A stretch of DNA of 64,000 nucleotides from an uncultured Actinomycetes bacterium (GTDB taxonomy: Bacteria; Actinomycetota; Thermoleophilia; RBG-16-64-13), in contig CAWASM010000007.1 in NCBI GenBank assembly GCA_963784835.1, positions 14,694-78,693 on the forward strand. Reading direction: 5' to 3'. The notes beneath the pieces were generated by a model. The model searched no databases. It was not told the origin of the DNA and saw nothing but the letters and a program-made list of their open reading frames with translations. The stretch's first letter is position 1. Each line of letters opens with the position of its first letter. The position numbers and the translations under genes are program-made. This document shows positions 12,565 to 20,666 of the stretch, one piece after another.

Positions 12565-12650
12565 CGTTTCTTGATAAGGGCAAACCTGCCGTGAGGCGGG
12601 GACGCAAAGCCATCGGACCCATTCGTTGATTATTGGGCAGCCGAGCTCCC
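12565..12650 (+). promoter_or_regulatory. c-di-GMP-I (GEMM-I) riboswitch aptamer
   Basis: AAGGGCAAACC-TGCC-GTGA-GGCG-GGGACGCAAAGCCATCGG at 12576..12617 reproduces the conserved GGCAAAC / GNRA-capped hairpin / GGACGCAAAGCC core. A second hairpin forms from TCGG-ACCCA...TGGG-CAG-CCGA. It lies about 250 nt upstream of the TasA-like gene. Confidence 0.85.
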
Positions 12651-12678
12651 GGGGAAGCGGGAGCGGGCTGCCTTTTTT
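12636..12678 (+). terminator. intrinsic terminator (expression platform of the riboswitch)
   Basis: GGCAGCC(12636-42)/GGCTGCC(12666-72) and GCTCCC(12645-50)/GGGAGC(12659-64) form the stem. A T6 run follows (12673-78). The 5' arm overlaps the 3' arm of aptamer helix P2. Confidence 0.8.
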
Positions 12679-12924
12679 GTTGTGCAGCGATTCCCGAGCT
12701 TAGGTGAATGCGCTGGGCCGAGGACAGGGGCGGGGGCGCTTCGCGAGCGAAAGTGAGGTGGTGCTTTTGGTTTGCACGTGCTGCGTTCGCGTCAACTCTG
12801 AATTTCGCGGCGCACTGCCAGGTACTTCAACGTCATGCACGCGAGCGGACCTAAGAACGCTGAGAGGTCGGACGGAGCGTCCTACGCCCAGCGAAAGCCT
12901 CTCGAAAAGGAAAGAGGAGGGATC

Positions 12925-13650
12925 GTGAAGAAACACTTCAGCAGGCGGTTCAAGGTAAAAGCCCTTGCACTCGGGGTTTCCATCATTCTCGTCGTGGTCC
13001 TCATCGCCATCGCCACCGGGGCGACCGGGGCCTACTTCAGTGACACCAAGAGCGGGACGGTCACCGGTGCCATGGGGACGATCCAGGTGAGCGCGACCGG
13101 GGGAACTGGTGGGAATAATCTCGACTTTAACTGGCCCAACATGTTGCCCGGTGTGCACTACACCACCTCGGTGACCTTCCAGAACAGCGGCAACAACCCG
13201 GAAGACGTCTATCTGAACTTCAACAACCTGACCGCGCTCAGCACGCTCAACACTAAGGGGACGTACGCGTCGGTGCACATCAAGGTCAATGGCACTCCGA
13301 CGTACGCCTATCTGAACCTGAACGACCAGAACTCGAGCGGCTTCCTGCCGCCGCGGCTCTTGCTCGTTTCTAACCTCATACCGAACGCGACCGGGACGAT
13401 GGTCTTCGACTTCGAGTACGCGTCGAAGTTGGCCACCCCGGAACCGGGAGGGGTCTTCAACCTGTATCCCATCTACGACAGCGATTCCTGGTATGAGGCG
13501 CACAGTGGCTACGCCGCGGGATACGGCCAGACCACTGCCCGTTCGGGCATCGACTTCGTAATGGGTCAGCACAACCAAGGTCTGCCGTACCAAATCCTCG
13601 CTACCCAGGTCGGCATATCCCCGGACGACACCGGTGGCTCAGCCGACTAA
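12925..13650 (+). CDS. TasA/camelysin-family secreted protein with SipW-type signal peptide
   Basis: GTG 12925 follows AGGAGG. After the TM segment comes GATGAYFSDTKSGTVTGAMGTIQVS (AYFSD motif), then a beta-rich body with LPG....TF.N.G. Confidence 0.8.
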   Translation: MKKHFSRRFKVKALALGVSIILVVVLIAIATGATGAYFSDTKSGTVTGAMGTIQVSATGGTGGNNLDFNWPNMLPGVHYTTSVTFQNSGNNPEDVYLNFNNLTALSTLNTKGTYASVHIKVNGTPTYAYLNLNDQNSSGFLPPRLLLVSNLIPNATGTMVFDFEYASKLATPEPGGVFNLYPIYDSDSWYEAHSGYAAGYGQTTARSGIDFVMGQHNQGLPYQILATQVGISPDDTGGSAD

Positions 13651-13760
13651 TCGTTGACCGGCTAGTAACCGCAGACCCGTGAACTCGGAGGAGCGCGGCG
13701 GCTTGACCGCCGCGCTCCCCAGCCTTTCTCCGCAATCTCGCTTGTCGGCCAAGGAAGATC

Positions 13761-14612
13761 GTGAAAACGTCCAGAAGACTTGCACGAACTCTACTTCGGT
13801 GGCTCCTGCCGCTGATGGCCCTGGGCGTCATCGTGTCCGGCGTTCTCTTCCTCACGGGAGTCTTCTCGTACCAGATCTACATCATCCACACCGGCTCCAT
13901 GACTCCCACCATCCCGACCCGAAGCGCGGTCATCGTGCACGAAGGGCCGGTACAAGTCGGGCAGGTCGTGACGTTCCACACCGAGGGGGGCGTGGTCGCC
14001 CACCGGCTGGTCAAGCAGCTCCCTGACGGCACCTACCAGACCAAAGGCGACGCCAACGAGACTGTCGATGTCGGCACGATCGGAGCTTCCCAGATCATCG
14101 GGCCGGTGGTCGCTGCTCCGCGCAACCTCGGCTATTGGCTCGCTTACTTCAAGAGCCAAATAGGTCTCGGCTCACTGGCACTTGGGATTCTCTGTCTCTG
14201 GCTAATGTACTCGGTGCTGGTGGAGTTTGGCGCAGCTGGGGCCGCACGTCGCAGGAGTTGGACGAGACGACCCGGGACGAGAGTTGGAGCTGTGTTGGTG
14301 ATGGCTGGCCTGGCAGTTGTTCTCTTTGCCGGGACCGCCCAGGCCGACTTCGAGGCCCGGGTATCTGGGACGATGCGGGGAACCCTCGACCCATCCTTCG
14401 CCACATCAGACTCCACGACCACCACCGTACTTGATCCTACCGACGTCCCCGAGACGAGCAGCAGCACGACAGCCGGACCGACGACCTCGACCAGCGAGAC
14501 CACCAGCACCGAGCCGACGGAGCTCCCAGCAACCGAGCCCCCGACCACCGCGGCAACGGCTGGGCTGGACACGACGGCAACTGGGACCACGACGACCGAA
14601 GGCTACCAGTGA
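13761..14612 (+). CDS. SipW-type signal peptidase I (S26B) with long C-terminal extension
   Basis: The peptidase core is IIHTGSMTPTIPTRSAVIV....VGQVVTF......AHRLV.....TYQTKGDANETVD. It has a C-terminal TM, followed by a signal-peptide-like segment and a Thr/Ser/Pro-rich tail. Confidence 0.8.
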   Translation: MKTSRRLARTLLRWLLPLMALGVIVSGVLFLTGVFSYQIYIIHTGSMTPTIPTRSAVIVHEGPVQVGQVVTFHTEGGVVAHRLVKQLPDGTYQTKGDANETVDVGTIGASQIIGPVVAAPRNLGYWLAYFKSQIGLGSLALGILCLWLMYSVLVEFGAAGAARRRSWTRRPGTRVGAVLVMAGLAVVLFAGTAQADFEARVSGTMRGTLDPSFATSDSTTTTVLDPTDVPETSSSTTAGPTTSTSETTSTEPTELPATEPPTTAATAGLDTTATGTTTTEGYQ

Positions 14613-14723
14613 TCTAGTGGCTGACCGAGTAGCACAGGCGCTTGGACGTACGTCCGCGCGGCGGGTTGGCTGCCGGGCCCTCCAGTGCTGCCACACAGCC
14701 TCGTCGGTGCTCGGAGTAAGACC

Positions 14724-15548
14724 GTGACGGCCTCAAGGAAGATAGGCCGGGTTGTGATGCATTGGCTTCTGCCGCTCATGGCCCTGGGCATCGTGGTCTC
14801 GGCCGCTCTGTTCGTCACGGGCGTCTTCTCGTACAAGATCTACATCATCCACACGGGCTCCATGACTCCCACCATCCCGACCCGAAGCGCGGTCATCGTG
14901 CACGAAGGGCCGGTACAAGTCGGGCAGGTCGTGACGTTCCACACCCAAGCGGGCGTGGTCACCCACCGGGTGGTCGAGCAGCGACCTGACGGGACCTACA
15001 TCACCAAGGGCGACGCCAACGAGACCGTCGATGTCGGTAGCATTCGCGCTTCACAGATCGTAGGGCCGGTAGTGGCCGCACCGCGCAGATTGGGCTACTG
15101 GATCGCCTACTTCAAGAGCCCGGTCGGTCTCGCCTCGCTGATCATCGCTATCGTTGTCATCTGGCTCCTCTATTCTCTCGTATCGGAGTTCGGGGAGCGG
15201 CGCGCACCGTCCGACCAACCGGCATCGGGGCTCCGAGCAGCGGACGAGGCAGCCAATTCAAGAGCCAACCCCTGTGTGGTGGCAGAAGTCAACACAGGAC
15301 AGTCCATGCAAGACTATGCGCTGGACGCCGTGCCCCGCCGCTGTGCCCGCTATGCTGCCTCGAAGACCACGTCAAGGAGAGCAGCGGGAGACGCGCTGAA
15401 GTCGATGCAAGATGACGTTTGCGATGCCGTGCCCCGCCGCTGTGCCCGCTATGCTGCCTCGAAGACCGAGCTGAGCAGACGCGCCGCCAAGCCAGCCTCC
15501 AAGAGCGGGGACGGAACGACGGCCACGAGTATCCTCTTGGGCGACTGA
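14724..15548 (+). CDS. SipW-type signal peptidase I, tandem paralog
   Basis: The peptidase core is the same as the previous gene, with a 90-nt block identical at DNA level. The C-terminal tail is different and contains a 99-bp direct repeat. Confidence 0.8.
   Translation: MTASRKIGRVVMHWLLPLMALGIVVSAALFVTGVFSYKIYIIHTGSMTPTIPTRSAVIVHEGPVQVGQVVTFHTQAGVVTHRVVEQRPDGTYITKGDANETVDVGSIRASQIVGPVVAAPRRLGYWIAYFKSPVGLASLIIAIVVIWLLYSLVSEFGERRAPSDQPASGLRAADEAANSRANPCVVAEVNTGQSMQDYALDAVPRRCARYAASKTTSRRAAGDALKSMQDDVCDAVPRRCARYAASKTELSRRAAKPASKSGDGTTATSILLGD
15306..15467 (+). repeat. 99-bp-period direct repeat inside the SipW paralog 3' region
   Basis: The two units are 15306..15368 and 15405..15467. They share an identical 42-nt core (15327..15368 = 15426..15467) encoding AVPRRCARYAASKT. 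Confidence 0.9.
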
Positions 15549-15725
15549 TCTTCCGGCCCTGGCTTCAGGCTCGGTTTCCAGCTTTCGATGCCGCAGTCGC
15601 GGCGGTTCGCCTAGCCTCGGCTTAATCACCGGGTTCCCTCTGCCGATACTCTCATGAGGGGCACACGCTTTTGTCTGCATCCATGTGCCTCGTTCGGTTA
15701 CAGACAGGCGGAGAGGAGAGCCACG

Positions 15726-16301
15726 ATGACACGAGGCAAGAAGATGAGGACTCTGCTCGGCAATGTGCTCCTCGGCCTCGTGCTGGTCGCCGCCGCCCTC
15801 TTCGTTGTCAACATGGGTGTTAACGGTCTCGGCACCCTGCCGGGCGGATATCGGCCCTTGGTCGTTCTCTCTGGGAGCATGGAGCCCTACATGCCGACGG
15901 GCAGCCTCGTCTTGACCAAGAGCGTGAACCCTGCAACGGTCAAAGTCGGCGACGTCATCACCTTCCGCCTGAAGACCGGTTCCTTCCAGACCGATTTCGC
16001 CACCCATCGGGTTGAGGCGATAGAGAACGGGCCAACCGGGATGAGTTTCGTCACCAAAGGGGACGCGAACCAGGTCCACGACCTTGTCCCGGTCTCCGCC
16101 ACGGCCCTAGTGGGCAGGGTCGTTCTCATCTCCAGCTTGGCCGGAAGTGTCGTCCAGGCGGTGAAGACGCCTCTGTTCCTCGCTCTCGTCGCGTTTGGAG
16201 CAGTGGCTCTAATGACCAAAGCTCTCTGGAAAAAGGTACCTCGCCGTCTCGCCCGTGAGCGGGCGCCACTGCCCGAGCCTTCCGCCCGCGTCCCCTCTTG
16301 A
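15726..16301 (+). CDS. SipW-type signal peptidase I, third copy (divergent)
   Basis: LVVLSGSMEPYMPTGSLVL....VKVGDVITF.......ATHRV......FVTKGDANQVHD plus a C-terminal TM segment. Of the three copies it is closest to B. subtilis SipW. Confidence 0.85.
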   Translation: MTRGKKMRTLLGNVLLGLVLVAAALFVVNMGVNGLGTLPGGYRPLVVLSGSMEPYMPTGSLVLTKSVNPATVKVGDVITFRLKTGSFQTDFATHRVEAIENGPTGMSFVTKGDANQVHDLVPVSATALVGRVVLISSLAGSVVQAVKTPLFLALVAFGAVALMTKALWKKVPRRLARERAPLPEPSARVPS

Positions 16302-16329
16302 CTTCCCAGCGGCCGACTGGATGCCATCA

Positions 16330-17323
16330 CGGCCCTGCTGCCAGAACCCGATCTGTTCCCATACGCCTACGTGCGCCGAGAGGCCGTGCTTTCCAGTCAG
16401 ATCGAGGGAACTCAGTCCTCGCTCTCCGACCTATTGCTCTTTGAACTTGAGGGGGCACCGGGCGCACCCTTCGACGAGGTGGTGGAGGTCTCCAACTACG
16501 TCGCGGCGCTGGAGCATGGGCTTGCTCGCCAGGCCGAAGGTCTTCCGCTGTCCAACGGGCTGATCCGGGAGATTCACGCCCGACTGCTTTCGCGGGGGCG
16601 GAGCATTGGCAAGCAGCCGGGCGAGTTCCGTACCAGCCAGAACTGTATCGGCGGCACTCGACCGGGCAATGCTCAATTTGTTCCGCCGCCCCCGCAGGAG
16701 GTGGAGCCATGCATGGCAGCGCTTGAGCGGTTCATGCATGACCCGATGCGCCGGGGGCTCTCAGCAAAGCCGCCCTTGCCCATGTGCAGTTCGAGTCCAT
16801 TCACCCCTTCGTTGACGACAACGGCCGAGTCGGCAGGCTGCTGATCGCCCTCCTTCTGCATCATGACGGGGTGCTGCGGCAGCCGCTTCTGTACCTGAGT
16901 CTCTATTTCAAACAGAACCGGGCCGAGTACTACCGACTGCTGAACTCCATGCGAGATACGGGTGACTGGGAGGCCTGGTTAGACTTCTTCCTCGAGGGAG
17001 TGCGGGAAACCGCCACAGGCGCGGTCGACACCGCCCACCGATTGCTGGCCATGTTCCAGAAGGATCAGGAACTTGTTCAGGGCTTGGGCCGCGCTGCCGC
17101 CAATACGCTTCGCGTATTCGAAGCCTTACGGCATCGTCCCGTGGGCCATATCGATCATTTGGCGGGGCAGACGGGAATAGCCTATCCCACCGCTGCACGG
17201 GCCGTCGACGCTCTTGTAGGACTCGGGGTGTTGCACGAGCTGACTGCGCGACGGCGCGGGCGCGTATTCGCCTATGACGGGTCTCTGCGGATCCTGAACG
17301 AGGGAGGATCATCGGAGGCGTAA
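16330..17323 (+). pseudogene. Fic-family protein, N-terminally truncated and frameshifted near 16790
   Basis: REAVLSSQIEGTQSS...EIHARLL...PGEFRTSQN is in ORF 16371..16844. HPFVDDNGRVGRLLIALLL... and a winged-helix C-terminus are in ORF 16784..17323. No room is left for a normal N-terminus after the SipW stop at 16301. Confidence 0.7.
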
Positions 17324-17378
17324 GCTCGAATGGCTGTGGCAAGTTTGTGACCGAGGACTTGCGGTCCGGTGGTCGGCA

Positions 17379-17422
17379 CTGATCTGTGGTCAGCAGGTTA
17401 GGGGTTCAAGTCCCGCCACCGG
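17379..17422 (+). repeat. partial copy of tRNA-Thr 3' part (anticodon arm to acceptor 3' strand)
   Basis: These 44 nt match 9377..9420 with 4 mismatches. 25 nt, TCAGCAGGTTAGGGGTTCAAGTCCC, are identical (9388..9412 = 17390..17414). No 5' half is present. Confidence 0.85.
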
Positions 17423-17877
17423 GGCTCATAACCCCTTGATACCCGGCGATACTTGATGGTACGCCGTAGCACACCATGGACGACTCATTAGTGGGCTTGG
17501 CAAGCCATGTTTCGCGGTCTCCTAAGCGCACGATCAGGAGTTCCCTTACTCCTTCACGCCCACCTGGCGCGGCTGTGTGGTCAAGGTGAGAAACACTGAG
17601 ACCGGCGACGAGATCGACCTCACTGACCACGATACCTTGTAGACGGACGATGACTATCATGGCCTTTCGGGACATAACCACTGGCGAGGTCTGGGGTTGA
17701 TGTTCTATCGTGGAGGGTGCTGACCGGGCAAGTCCAACACAGGCGCGCAGAGGGGGATCGAAGTGAAGTACTGCATAAGGTGCGCGGCTGACCTGTTTGA
17801 GGATAGCGCGCGGTTCTGCCCCGCCGGGAGGATCCAACTTAAATGAGCACGTACGCAGACGGAGGGAAGGGGTTCAC

Positions 17878-18636
17878 GTGCAGACGCTGAGTGACAGTGT
17901 GATCATAGTAACGGGCGCCGCTCAAGGCATTGGCCGGGCTGCGGCGTTGCACCTGGCCGCACTCGGAGCCAGGGTGGTCGCTGCCGACATCAACGAGGAG
18001 AAGGTGGACGACCTCGTCGAGCAGCTTAGGCAACAGCAGCTTTCGGGGCTGGCGGTTCAGGTGGATGTCTCGTCCGAAGCGAGCGTGACCAACATGGTCG
18101 ACGCGACGCTGCAGAAATACGGCCAGATAGACGTCCTCTTCAACAACGCGGCGATGTTCTCTTCGCTCAAGATGCGACCCATAGAGGATATCCCTGTCGA
18201 AGACTGGGACCGGGTAATGGCTGTCAACCTGCGTGGGCCATTCCTCTGTTCGCGGGCCGTGATCCCGCACATGAAGGCCAGGTCCCGAGGGAAGATCATC
18301 AACGTCTCCTCATCGACGTTCTTCCTGGGGCGGCCCAACTATGTGCACTACGTGACCTCGAAGGGCGGCATCGTCGGCTTCACCCGGGCGCTGGCCAAAG
18401 AGCTTGCCGGGTCCGGCATCACCGTCAATGCCCTGGCACCCGGCTCGGTAAAGACCGAGATCGAGCGTGAAACGGTAACCTCAGCAGTGGTGGAGGTCAT
18501 TGTAAGAGAGCGTTGTGTGCAGCGGGTTGAGACACCGGAAGACCTGATGGGCGCCCTGACGTTTCTGGTTTCAAGCGCGAGTGATTTCATGAGCGGCCAG
18601 ACCATCGTTGTCGACGGCGGCCAAGTGGTGCATTGA
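17878..18636 (+). CDS. SDR-family oxidoreductase (FabG-like)
   Basis: GTG 17878 follows GGAGGGAAGG. Motifs are VTGAAQGIGRA, NNAA and YVTSKGG (Y..xK). Confidence 0.85.
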   Translation: MQTLSDSVIIVTGAAQGIGRAAALHLAALGARVVAADINEEKVDDLVEQLRQQQLSGLAVQVDVSSEASVTNMVDATLQKYGQIDVLFNNAAMFSSLKMRPIEDIPVEDWDRVMAVNLRGPFLCSRAVIPHMKARSRGKIINVSSSTFFLGRPNYVHYVTSKGGIVGFTRALAKELAGSGITVNALAPGSVKTEIERETVTSAVVEVIVRERCVQRVETPEDLMGALTFLVSSASDFMSGQTIVVDGGQVVH

Positions 18637-19599
18637 GAACTCAGTCTGCCAACAAGGTGCGGGGCGCGTAAGCCATGGGTACGGACGCGAGACCTGGAGA
18701 CGCCGCTTTCCTTCTCGACTTTGTCGATGTATCGTCGACAAAATAGGCTGATTTATCAGGTGGCTTCCAGCGTTGTTCGGGCGGGAAGGAAAATGCTGCG
18801 AGGGACAAGCCTTGAAGCGGCAAGCGGTCCTGCGCTCGCCTCGAACCGGTAGTTGTCATCAAACCACGCAAAGGGCGACGCGTTGCCTGGTGTTACATCG
18901 GAAGCCGCAGGGCTATCAGGAGGCAAGCCTGTTGGTCTAGGTAGCTGATGGTCAATCAGTGGGTGGCCTGACCATTTGCCCTGTAGGGGGATGGGAACGC
19001 GATACGGACACTAACCGTTCGTGGTGATTGTTGCCTGCCGGGGAGTGACAACCAGCCTTCTACGTGTGCCGCTTATACCCATGCGTTTCTTTAATGTTCC
19101 TCCGGCCAGTGCCGATAGGTGGACTGACCGGAATAGCGGCTGGTTGCTCTCGCCCGGTTGTGGCGGATCGCCGTCCCGGGACCCGGTCCGCGCTAGCAAG
19201 GCTCGTGTCTGCCACGACTCTCGCAACGAGGGGCCTGAACAACGATGAACAAAGACCACGGTAGAGCGCTTGGCTATCTGTTCGGGTTCACCTTTGCGCT
19301 CTGTGTGGTTGTCTGCTTACTGGCTCTAGTCTCTAAGTTGATCGATGCCCTGTTCTAAGAGGAGAAATGTACCGTGACCTCCCCGGCGGGGCTCACAACC
19401 TCGACGACGCCCACCCCGGCCGCACCACCCGCGACGAGCACGACCACCACCGGGTCCGTACCGACGTCGATGACTCAGTCCGCGTTGGCCGGAGACTTGT
19501 AGGTCTATGTCGTGCACCCGCTTCTTGAGGGCCGCGTGCGAGCGCCCGCTGCTAAGTAGGTGAGGACGGCCGATGTGACCCTTCCTCGTTCATATCCCG

Positions 19600-20241
19600 C
19601 TATTCCGAATACGTGTAGCTCAGCACTGTCTTGCCATTCGGGTCAAGGACGGTCACCGTGTCGCCGTCGTTGTTCCAAATAGCTGACCCGCTGGCGCCCC
19701 AATAAAGGTCGCTTGCGGTGGTGGTGCCGGAGCCCGTGTGTAGGGTGAAGGTGTCACCTGCATCGAAGCTCATGTCGGGGAAGCTGTAGCGATGATTCGC
19801 CGCGTCCTCGACCACGTAGCCTCGAAGGCTGCTCGAGGTGGTCACCCGGAACACGATGTACTCCTCGTTCAGGTTGTTGTTGTCATCATTCCCAGGCGCG
19901 TCGTACTGCAAGGTCACAATCTCGAGCGGTCCTTCCTGCGCTGTCGACGGAGCTTCGGTGGTTGTTGTCGCCTCCGTTGTTGTGACCTTGGCGGTTGTCG
20001 CCGTTGTGGTAGTTCCCACAGGTGCCATCGTTGTCCCTGTGCTTGATTGCGTGGTCGTACTTTTCGCTTTCACCTGAGTGGAAGACGGGCTCATGCTAGT
20101 GCTGGACATCATGGCAAGCGGGTCACCTGTGGTCGGGGGGATTGTCGAGTCGCTGGCGCCACCACAAGCCGCACCGCTGAGGACGGTCAGCACCACCACG
20201 ACTGCTGCGCCATATAGAATCCTGCCGCCCCTGATCATGAT
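19600..20241 (-). CDS. lipoprotein with lamin-tail (LTD) domain
   Basis: The lipobox is LSGAACGG, followed by a Thr/Ser-rich linker. Then comes LEIVTLQYDAPGNDDNNNLNEEYIVFRV......YVVED....YSFP......DTFTLHTG......WNNDGDTVTVLD. Confidence 0.8.
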   Translation of the reverse strand: MMIRGGRILYGAAVVVVLTVLSGAACGGASDSTIPPTTGDPLAMMSSTSMSPSSTQVKAKSTTTQSSTGTTMAPVGTTTTATTAKVTTTEATTTTEAPSTAQEGPLEIVTLQYDAPGNDDNNNLNEEYIVFRVTTSSSLRGYVVEDAANHRYSFPDMSFDAGDTFTLHTGSGTTTASDLYWGASGSAIWNNDGDTVTVLDPNGKTVLSYTYSE

Positions 20242-20278
20242 CCTCTTCCTGCTGGTCTTCTGGCCTATCCCGCTGCCA

Positions 20279-20431
20279 CTACTTGTACTCGTGGTTCTCG
20301 GCAATCTTGTCCTCTGGGTCAAGTACTTTCATCATGTCGCCGTCGTGATCCAAGAAACAGGCGTGAACATACCTGTCACCGACATCGACTCCCACTGTCA
20401 TCTCGTTTTCATGGCCGGTAGCATTGCCCAT
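20279..20431 (-). pseudogene. possible IS110-family transposase N-terminal stub (50 codons)
   Basis: MGNATGHENEMTVGVDVGDRYVHACFLDHDGDMM resembles the VGIDV.K..h.a..ld..G start of IS110 transposases. A stop follows after 50 codons. Confidence 0.3.
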
Positions 20432-20666
20432 GACTGACCTCCATCGCTAAACTGATGCCGGACTCCAGAACAACTATCTCGCGACAGGGGTCGGACTTCT
20501 CATTCCATCCCGATGGTAACGGTCTGCCACTCATGGAGGATTGCCCGTCAGCAAGACCGCCGAGCCCAAGCTCTCCGGACTGATACCATGTCGCGAAGAT
20601 CGGGGAGCCAGCGTGGCCTCTGGCCCGCACTGGAGCAAAGACCACAACTGCAAGGGGGAATAGCGG

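Noticed and set aside
12700-13593. Large minus-strand ORF (297 aa) opposite the TasA-like gene. Similar long antisense ORFs occur at 2770..3318, 5306..5956, 21666..22328, 33286..33909, 47619..48485, 55251..55907, 55920..56555, 56638..57390 and 63097..63654.
   Set aside because: These are typical shadow ORFs of high-GC DNA. In each case the opposite strand encodes a protein with clear family motifs, whereas the shadow translations are Arg/Pro/Gly-rich with no recognisable domains.
17406-17837. 143-aa minus-strand ORF next to the partial tRNA copy, considered as an integrase remnant. A 27-codon zinc-ribbon-like ORF at 17763..17846 (+) was also considered.
   Set aside because: The translation has no tyrosine- or serine-recombinase motifs. 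The small ORF lacks the second CxxC pair (it reads FCPAGR). The evidence is insufficient for either call.
18880-19260. Possible cobalamin riboswitch, SRP RNA or other known structured RNA in the ORF-poor region.
   Set aside because: Only loose resemblances were found: GGCACTGG on the minus strand versus the B12-box GCCACTG, and GACCGGAATAGCGGC versus the SRP helix 8. The surrounding conserved cores are absent, and no suitable downstream gene lies on the matching strand.
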